From Cyanophyceae cyanobacterium (lineage in GTDB: Bacteria; Cyanobacteriota; Cyanobacteriia; Cyanobacteriales; Laspinemataceae), in the NCBI GenBank assembly GCA_038321985.1, contig JBBQFN010000054.1:1-23041 (forward strand): 23,041 nt of DNA. Direction: 5' to 3'. Shown piece by piece: positions 16,601 through 23,041 of this stretch (the stretch's first letter is position 1; each line of letters opens with the position of its first letter). The translations under genes and the position numbers were made by a program. The notes below the pieces were generated by a model. It was not told the DNA's origin, made no database searches, and was given only the letters and a program-made list of their open reading frames with translations.

Positions 16601-18445
16601 TTACGCTCCTTGTTTTGCCGGAACTGGGGCGACAGGGGCAGGTTTCTTTTGTTTATTCATGTTATCAACGCTAATTCCGAACACCCATAGGGTCACAATT
16701 AGCACCCCGAGCCACTCATTCAGCCCAAGTCCTTCACTCAGAAACACTAACGCCATTAAACTGGTCAACCCAGGACCAGTTGCCGCTACCACCGAGGCTA
16801 ATGGCGCACCAATCATGGGAATCGCAAAGTTATTGAGGGCATAACCAATCAAGGTGGTAGTCGCTAGCGCTATACTGCCAATCCACAGCGATCCCCAATT
16901 CTCCTGTAGAACCTTCCAGGTAAAGAAGTTTCCCTGGCGAGAACCCAAGATCACGAAGGGAATGGCTAGGAACAAAATCACGGAAAAGTTAATGACGCTA
17001 AACGGTGCCGGATGTAGTTTCAGCTTTCTGGCACTGAGTTGGGTCAAAATTACATAGCCCGCAAAGGTCAACCCGGAGGCGATCGCCGTCCCAATTCCCA
17101 GGCCCAAATTCCCACTCGCCGCTCCTCCGGTTAGCTTCCCGGAAACCGTTAGAAAACATCCCAGGTAAATAGTCACGGTGGCTAAGGCGAAGATAAAGCT
17201 CGGTCTTGCCCCAAACATCAACCATGCCAACACTGCCGTCACTGGGGGGAAAATAAAGAACAGGGTAATGGCAACCCCTGTCGGAATATTCCCGAGGGCA
17301 ATATAGATAAAAAACTGGGACATAAACAGAAATAAGCCACTGCCCATGACGATCCATACGGACCCGCGCTTTTCGGGATTTCCCAGTTGTTTGATATCCC
17401 GCCAGGTATTCGGATAGAGGATAGGGGCTAGAATAAAGCCCATCAGCGGCACTACGAACATCATCCGCATCCCCAGAATTAAGAGGGAATTTCCCGCTCC
17501 CGGGGAGAGCACTTGTCCTTCCCACAAGCCCCAGAGGGACTGGGGACTGAGGATGGCACGGGTGATGATGTTCTGGAAGGAAATCGTAATTGAGGAAAGC
17601 AGCGCCAGGATCAACCCGGTCAAAAAGATATTACTTTCTACCGGAGGGCTGGAGACTGGGGTGGCTGGGGGCGCGGGACGGGGTTCGGCCATCGCCGCTC
17701 TTTCCGCTGCAAGGCGCTCACTTGAAGAAGTCTCAGGGCTTTGCCCTTGAGGGCGATCGCTCCCCTGGGTGGGCACGCCCACGGGTAATCCTTGTCTCCG
17801 GTTGGTGACAATTTCCGCCGTGGTATGCACGTTCGTAGCTTCTTCTTGCAGTTGATCGATCAGGCGATCGACCAAGGTTTCTAAAATCACCTCCCCTTGC
17901 TGCTGCAACGAGTGCATCCGCCCAAGTTGCTGGGACAACGAGCTTTGGTAGCTGTTGAGTTCCTGTTGCAGATTTTTAAAGGTGGTATTGAGGGTGGTAT
18001 CTAACGATGCCAACAAGCGATAAGCATTTTCATTCAAGTTCCCAGTCTGCTGCTGCGACGAGAGCCCAACATTAGGATCTACTGTCGTCAAGGATTGAGA
18101 GGGTGGGGGGGGAGCCACCATTTCCTTCAACCGTTCGCTCAATTCTTGTTGAAGTTGAGAGGCCATGACTTGGGCCAGTTGTTTCGTCCATTGCTGCTGC
18201 ATGGGGCGTCCGGGTCCCCCTTGCATTTGTCGAGATTGAATTTGCTGCTGTTGATTTTGCAGCTTTTGAATATCAGCAGTCAGGCGGGATTGTTCAGCTT
18301 GCAGCTTCGCCATATCCCGTGCCAACTGAACGACTATATTTTGCTGAATATCTCGAAGCTCCTGGGTCATGGAACTCAGAAGGGTTTCGATTTCTTTGGT
18401 GTTACTACTTGTCGAGTTTTCCGGTTGATTGTCCAGTTGCCCCAT
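16601..18445 (-). CDS. sepJ: Septal protein SepJ (FraG): N-terminal coiled coil, Pro/Ser-rich linker, C-terminal EamA/DMT permease
   Basis: Coiled-coil segment LLASLDTTLNTTFKNLQQELNSYQSSLSQQLGRMHSLQQQGEVILETLVDRL matches the SepJ signature as recalled from Anabaena. Linker EPRPAPPATPVSSPP; about 10 hydrophobic segments including ALGNIPTGVAITLFFIFP. Confidence 0.88.
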   Translation of the reverse strand: MGQLDNQPENSTSSNTKEIETLLSSMTQELRDIQQNIVVQLARDMAKLQAEQSRLTADIQKLQNQQQQIQSRQMQGGPGRPMQQQWTKQLAQVMASQLQQELSERLKEMVAPPPPSQSLTTVDPNVGLSSQQQTGNLNENAYRLLASLDTTLNTTFKNLQQELNSYQSSLSQQLGRMHSLQQQGEVILETLVDRLIDQLQEEATNVHTTAEIVTNRRQGLPVGVPTQGSDRPQGQSPETSSSERLAAERAAMAEPRPAPPATPVSSPPVESNIFLTGLILALLSSITISFQNIITRAILSPQSLWGLWEGQVLSPGAGNSLLILGMRMMFVVPLMGFILAPILYPNTWRDIKQLGNPEKRGSVWIVMGSGLFLFMSQFFIYIALGNIPTGVAITLFFIFPPVTAVLAWLMFGARPSFIFALATVTIYLGCFLTVSGKLTGGAASGNLGLGIGTAIASGLTFAGYVILTQLSARKLKLHPAPFSVINFSVILFLAIPFVILGSRQGNFFTWKVLQENWGSLWIGSIALATTTLIGYALNNFAIPMIGAPLASVVAATGPGLTSLMALVFLSEGLGLNEWLGVLIVTLWVFGISVDNMNKQKKPAPVAPVPAKQGA

Positions 18446-18766
18446 TATCCTGTTACCTCTAGCTTGTCGGTCGTAAACCCAAATAATCGCCGCTCGCTTG
18501 GCACTCCTGTGTTTTTGCTGATTGGTTGGGTTGAAAATTAATTGATTCGCTTTATCAATAGCGTGTAGCAGCCCTTGATTAAGTTAATCAAAGGTTAAAA
18601 ATTCCCTTCAGCTTGACATTCTAATCTAAATGAGTAGGCAGACGCACAGGTTTTGGATGATTGTATCGAAGGTGGGTTAAATTTTCCGTAAATTTATCCA
18701 ATTATGTTAAAAAACTCAACAATTAATTTGTTATTAAAAGAAAATTATTCCGTATTTCTACGGGCA

Positions 18767-18799
18767 ATGCTTGTCCGGGGGATCTCCCCGGACAAGCAT
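18767..18799. repeat. Perfect 14-bp inverted repeat (hairpin) downstream of the PiT gene
   Basis: ATGCTTGTCCGGGG-gatct-CCCCGGACAAGCAT; no U-tract on either side. Confidence 0.75.
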
Positions 18800-18914
18800 C
18801 GTTGACTTCAATGGGTGAGGATAACAGAGGATACCTGGTTATGTGCCGATACCGCTAAAACCTGGGTTTTTTGACTCCAGCTAGCCCCCTGCTTATCACC
18901 CTTTGATGAAATCT

Positions 18915-20213
18915 TCACGCCCCAATTAGACGTGCAATACTGAAAAGAGCAGCTCCTAGACTAGCAGCAACTGGAACGGTAATGATCCATGCTAAAAATA
19001 CTCCTCGGAGGGTTTCTAGGCGAATTGATTTAGGATTTTGAATCAATCCAATGCCAATAACGCCACCGACTAAGGAATGAGAGGTGGAAACGGGTAAGCC
19101 AAAGCGCGAAGCGATTAATACCGTAGTCGCCGTGGCGAGTTCTGCACAGAATCCCCCACTGGGTTTTAAGGCAATAATATTTTCCCCTACCGTGGCTATT
19201 ACTTTTTTACCCCATATTCCCAAACCTGTCACGATGCCTGCACCCCCCAATAGCAAAATCCACAGAGGGACCCGGAAATCATCCAGGGGAACGGATCCAG
19301 TCCGGTGAATGTAGGCGATCGTGGCTAAGGGGGCAACGGCATTTCCCACATCATTGGATCCGTGGGCGAAGGCCACAAAACAGGCACTGAGGACTTGAAA
19401 CCGCCCTAGTTGTTTTTCGATGGGGGAGGAGTAAACCGTTGAGTCTTTTTCTAAGTCTTTTTCTAAATCGGACCCGAGTTCTGGGAGCTTTTCCCGATTG
19501 TCCTGTTCTAGATGATGCCACTGCACCAGGGTGAGCCCGATCGCCGCCACGCCACCGACTACCAGGGGGAGGTCCTGGGGAGGGAGGAAGACCCCAAACC
19601 GAGTTCCAATCCAAACATTTAGGGGGTGCAGCACCTTGGGAAGCACGATAATACCAAAGACTCCTAGTAGAAGACTACTCAACCAAGGAATCCACTGGTC
19701 TAGCTGTTTTAAAGGTTCGGGATGTTCTAAAATCCACCGTTTGATAAAGCTGTAAGCCGTAGCCGCAATCAGAGCGCTGATCACTGGGGTCAGCAGCCAA
19801 CTCACCGAAATCAGTCCGATGGTGGACCAATCCACTGCCTCAAATCCCACGGCAACGATACTAAATCCGGCGATCGCTCCAATAATGGCATGGGAAGAGG
19901 CAACGGGCCATCCTTGTGAGGTGGCAATCTGTAGCCAGAATCCACAGGTGATCATGACACAAATCATGCCGGTCAGCAGCAGGTGCGGGGCATGGGCAAA
20001 GACGCTCGGTTCGAGGATGCTAGTCGCTAAGGTTTGGGACACTTCTTGTCCGAAAAGTACGGCCCCAGTGAATTCCAGAACCCCGGCGATGATCAGTGCC
20101 TGTCGTAGGGTCACTGCTTTGGAACCGACGGAGGTCCCCATCGAGTTCGCGACGTCATTTGCCCCTAGGTTCGCCGCTACATAGAAGGCTAAAAGGGCTA
20201 GTAGTGCAGTCAT
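18915..20213 (-). CDS. Inorganic phosphate transporter, PiT family
   Basis: Duplicated PiT signatures GANDVANSMGTSVGS and HGSNDVGNAVAP; PVASSH and PVSTSH motifs; multiple transmembrane segments. Confidence 0.95.
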   Translation of the reverse strand: MTALLALLAFYVAANLGANDVANSMGTSVGSKAVTLRQALIIAGVLEFTGAVLFGQEVSQTLATSILEPSVFAHAPHLLLTGMICVMITCGFWLQIATSQGWPVASSHAIIGAIAGFSIVAVGFEAVDWSTIGLISVSWLLTPVISALIAATAYSFIKRWILEHPEPLKQLDQWIPWLSSLLLGVFGIIVLPKVLHPLNVWIGTRFGVFLPPQDLPLVVGGVAAIGLTLVQWHHLEQDNREKLPELGSDLEKDLEKDSTVYSSPIEKQLGRFQVLSACFVAFAHGSNDVGNAVAPLATIAYIHRTGSVPLDDFRVPLWILLLGGAGIVTGLGIWGKKVIATVGENIIALKPSGGFCAELATATTVLIASRFGLPVSTSHSLVGGVIGIGLIQNPKSIRLETLRGVFLAWIITVPVAASLGAALFSIARLIGA

Positions 20214-20661
20214 GTAATAATTTTTAGAATTGGCATTGCGATCGGCAAGATGGGTTTAACACCTAGCTCTTAACAATTAAGTTTCATTCTAGTCTAGGAT
20301 ACAATTAATCGACTATCTATTAATAAAGGTTAGTTAATTTAAAGTTCTAAAAGTTTAAATTAATTGAGTGATATATTTTTATTTAAAATATAAAATTTTT
20401 ATTTTTATACACTGAAAACAACGGATAAAAATAGCCCCTAATTAATTATAATAGGAGAAGTTAGGTAGTCTTAAATTAATATATAACGGAGAAAATCTCC
20501 GCCATTTAATAAGCAATAAAGGCTTTTTTAATAAAACTCAAAACAATAGACCTTGTGCAAGATTATGGGGCAGTCCCCCTAACCCCTCTTAAAAACACTA
20601 GAGAATTTTTTCCGAGGTTTTTATTCTACCGATGCCCTAGGACTGCCCTCTAGATCTGTCT

Positions 20662-21510
20662 TCAGGCAACGCCACTTCCCAAAAACTCTCCCACGAGTTC
20701 TAAATAGGTTGGTGCATCTTCTAACATGGGAAAATGTGCCGTCTTGTCCATTTGGATAAACTGGACAAACTGCTGATTTAAGGATGCAGCGTGACGTCCC
20801 ATATGAGCGGGAATAATTCGGTCGTATTCCCCGGCAATTAACAGCACCGGCACTTGCAACTGGGCAAATTCAACGGGCATCACCTCCGTTGCTTTCTTGC
20901 TAACAGAAGTAAAAATCGTATTCAGGGCAGCCCCATAGTCAGCCATCAAATAATCTTCTAAAAACGCCTGTCTAGCAGCAGGGGGGATGGGGCGATATAA
21001 AAATCTTGCCATAAAGACCTGATCCATCAAGGGGATTTTTGCCAGCCAAGAGGGGCGATATTTGACCACTTGACCTCCCCAGGTATGGAAAGCGGTGAAG
21101 GCTTTTTCGTCGTATTCAAAAACGCCGCTACAGGTCAGAATCGCTTTGATGACGCGATCGCCATAACGGTTGAGAAACAGAGTTGCCACGGAAGCGCCCA
21201 TTGAATGGGCGTTCAAATAGACCCGTTGCAATCCTAAGGAATCTAAAAATAACGCCAAATCATCGGCGTAGGTTTCCAACTCATAGTCTAAAGCCAGGGG
21301 TTCTAGGGGTAAGCGCGATCGCCCGAACCCACGCATATCGTACAGCAGACAATCAAAGCGATCGCTTAGTGCAGACGCGGTACTTTCCCAGTATCGAGCC
21401 GAACCTGCCCAGCCATGAAGAAACACCAAAACGGGCTTTTCTCCCGTAGAGGCTGGGGTTCCGACCCACTCGTAGTAGTGTTCGACCCCGCGAACTTGAA
21501 TGTAGGGCAT
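20662..21510 (-). CDS. Alpha/beta fold hydrolase
   Basis: FLHGW oxyanion motif, YDMRGFGRS, nucleophile elbow AHSMG, acid in GEYD, His in TAHFPMLE. Confidence 0.93.
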   Translation of the reverse strand: MPYIQVRGVEHYYEWVGTPASTGEKPVLVFLHGWAGSARYWESTASALSDRFDCLLYDMRGFGRSRLPLEPLALDYELETYADDLALFLDSLGLQRVYLNAHSMGASVATLFLNRYGDRVIKAILTCSGVFEYDEKAFTAFHTWGGQVVKYRPSWLAKIPLMDQVFMARFLYRPIPPAARQAFLEDYLMADYGAALNTIFTSVSKKATEVMPVEFAQLQVPVLLIAGEYDRIIPAHMGRHAASLNQQFVQFIQMDKTAHFPMLEDAPTYLELVGEFLGSGVA

Positions 21511-21645
21511 CCTGATAAAGTTGGTGATGATTAAATGAGCGCATCTGAAGGCTCAAGGGTAAAGTTTGAATGGCTCCAGAATAGAAGTCGCTATCCTTCT
21601 TCATTCTTCACCCCCAGTCTTCATTGCATTTCTTCTTTTCTCGTC

Positions 21646-22986
21646 TTAAGCCGATTCCGGCTTAGGCAGGGAGGAAGGATGGACAATGAGTTCCGCTGTA
21701 GAGCGTTTCTCGACCATCTCTCGGGTAATGGTGCAGCGAGTCACGTCCTTACGAGAAGGCAACTCGTACATCACATCGAGCATTAATTCTTCTACAATCC
21801 CGCGCAGTGCTCTGGCTCCAGTTTTCCGCCGGTAGGCTTCCTGGGCGATCGCCCGAATCGCATCGGGTTTGAAGTCCAGATTCACATTATCCATCCGCAG
21901 TAACTTCTGATACTGCTTGACGAGAGCGTTCTTCGGTTCGGTCAAGATCTCGGTGAGGGCATCTTCATCTAGGGGGTCCACCACAGCCAGCACTGGAATT
22001 CGACCGATGAATTCAGGAATCATCCCAAATTTCACCAAGTCATCCGGCTGTAAATTCTTGAGAATATCCGCTGTACGTTTTTCCTTCGACTGGGCATCTC
22101 CGGGCTGGATAAAGCCCATTGATTTTTTACCCGTGCGCTGTTCCACCACTTTTTCTAGACCAACAAAGGCTCCCCCACAGATAAACAGAATATTACTCGT
22201 GTCGATCTGGATGCAATCTTGATAGGGGTGCTTGCGTCCTCCTTGGGGAGGGACATTGGCGACTGTTCCTTCCAGCATCTTTAGCAGAGCTTGTTGGACT
22301 CCCTCGCCAGAGACATCTCGGGTAATTGATGGGTTTTCACTCTTGCGGGCGATTTTGTCGATTTCATCGATATAGATGATGCCGCGTTGGGCTTCTTCTA
22401 CATCGAGGTCTGCCACTTGTAGCAATCGCAGCAAGATATTTTCCACATCTTCCCCGACGTACCCGGCTTCCGTTAAGGTTGTCGCATCTGCAACCGCAAA
22501 GGGAACGTCTAGAACCTCTGCTAAGGTCTGAGCCAAGAGGGTCTTTCCGCAACCCGTCGGCCCAATGAGCAGAATATTAGACTTTTGCAGTTCGACTGTA
22601 TCCTCACTCCCCAGTTTCCCGCTGGCCTTAGCTTGGGTATAGCTCAGGCGCTTGTAATGGTTGTAAACCGCGACGGAAAGCACTTTTTTAGCTTCATCTT
22701 GACCAATGACGTGCTCATCGAGATGCTTTTTGATCTCGCGCGGTTTGGGCATTTGATTTAGCGAGATATTAGCGGCTCGGGTGCGCCGCTTTTGGGGTTG
22801 TTCCGTCCGGGGTACGGGTTGAGGTGCTGCGGCATTGGAGTCAAAGAGCTCCTCATCTAAAATTTCATTGCACAGGTCTACGCATTCATCGCAAATATAA
22901 ACTCCCGGACCTGCGATTAATTTGCGTACTTGCTCCTGAGATTTGCCACAAAAGGAACATTTTAGATGGGAGTCGTACTTAGACAT
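21646..22986 (-). CDS. clpX: ATP-dependent Clp protease ATP-binding subunit ClpX
   Basis: C4 zinc finger CSFCGK...ICDEC, Walker A GPTGCGKT, pore loop GYVG, Walker [13 protein letters not shown] loop, [14 protein letters not shown] upstream. Confidence 0.98.
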   Translation of the reverse strand: MSKYDSHLKCSFCGKSQEQVRKLIAGPGVYICDECVDLCNEILDEELFDSNAAAPQPVPRTEQPQKRRTRAANISLNQMPKPREIKKHLDEHVIGQDEAKKVLSVAVYNHYKRLSYTQAKASGKLGSEDTVELQKSNILLIGPTGCGKTLLAQTLAEVLDVPFAVADATTLTEAGYVGEDVENILLRLLQVADLDVEEAQRGIIYIDEIDKIARKSENPSITRDVSGEGVQQALLKMLEGTVANVPPQGGRKHPYQDCIQIDTSNILFICGGAFVGLEKVVEQRTGKKSMGFIQPGDAQSKEKRTADILKNLQPDDLVKFGMIPEFIGRIPVLAVVDPLDEDALTEILTEPKNALVKQYQKLLRMDNVNLDFKPDAIRAIAQEAYRRKTGARALRGIVEELMLDVMYELPSRKDVTRCTITREMVEKRSTAELIVHPSSLPKPESA

Positions 22987-22996
22987 AGACGGCCTC

Positions 22997-23041
22997 TTAC
23001 TTTTGTGCGGTAACAGCCTCTCCCGATTTCGGAAGACCCTG
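22997..23041 (-). CDS. clpP: 3' end of the upstream gene, probably ClpP (partial)
   Basis: Open frame ...[14 protein letters not shown] ending 10 nt before the clpX start. Identity rests on the usual clpP-clpX order; only 14 codons are visible. Confidence 0.55.
   Translation of the reverse strand, partial: QGLPKSGEAVTAQK

Larger units (their letters stand above)
350..21852. repeat. HIP1 (GCGATCGC) dispersed octamer palindromes, at least 25 exact copies counted by eye
   Basis: Examples at 350, 1638, 2118, 4323, 4738, 5862, 7327, 8166, 8406, 9227, 9608, 13101, 14279, 17753, 21358, 21845. Fewer than one copy is expected by chance in 23 kb; this is a cyanobacterial hallmark. Confidence 0.95.

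Noticed and set aside
20250..20365. Pho boxes upstream of the PiT gene
   Set aside because: TTAA-containing words are present but not in the regular 11-bp phased array expected, and the AT-rich background explains them.
21590..21645. CTTCA-rich tract after clpX resembling short tandem repeats (STRR)
   Set aside because: Too degenerate; no regular period.
5260..22552. Numerous 60-175 aa antisense or alternative-frame ORFs in the track
   Set aside because: They lie within well-supported genes or the tRNA and have no domain signatures; treated as shadow ORFs.
1..23041. CRISPR array, rRNA, group II intron or intact transposase/integrase
   Set aside because: No regularly spaced repeats, rRNA motifs, reverse transcriptase or recombinase ORFs are visible.

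Overview
The window comes from a filamentous cyanobacterium, probably Oscillatoriales-like: it has at least 25 HIP1 octamers (GCGATCGC), a sepJ gene and cyanobacterial ferredoxins. The left ~4.6 kb is visibly more AT-rich and holds the 3' part of a Wsp-type chemosensory cluster. That cluster comprises a CheW+REC C-terminal fragment of a WspE/CheA whose frame is broken upstream of ~108 by unrelated, possibly IS-derived sequence, a WspF/CheB methylesterase, a 1-kb spacer, and an output protein with a WspR-type receiver fused to a histidine kinase instead of GGDEF. The spacer contains a MITE-like element, palindromes and a SigJ/SigF-like motif. The rest is mostly core genome: ilvB with a C-terminal zinc ribbon, a TPR protein, a 7Fe ferredoxin, a PAS/GAF histidine kinase, hisZ, a J-domain/TPR protein, an inositol monophosphatase, an SNase-like lipoprotein, Fed2 ferredoxin, tRNA-Ser(GGA), sepJ, a PiT transporter, an alpha/beta hydrolase, clpX and probably the 3' end of clpP. 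The best candidate for an under-described system is the kinase-output Wsp module with its interrupted wspE. No CRISPR array, rRNA or intact transposase is visible. All family calls come from motif recognition by eye, with no database searches.
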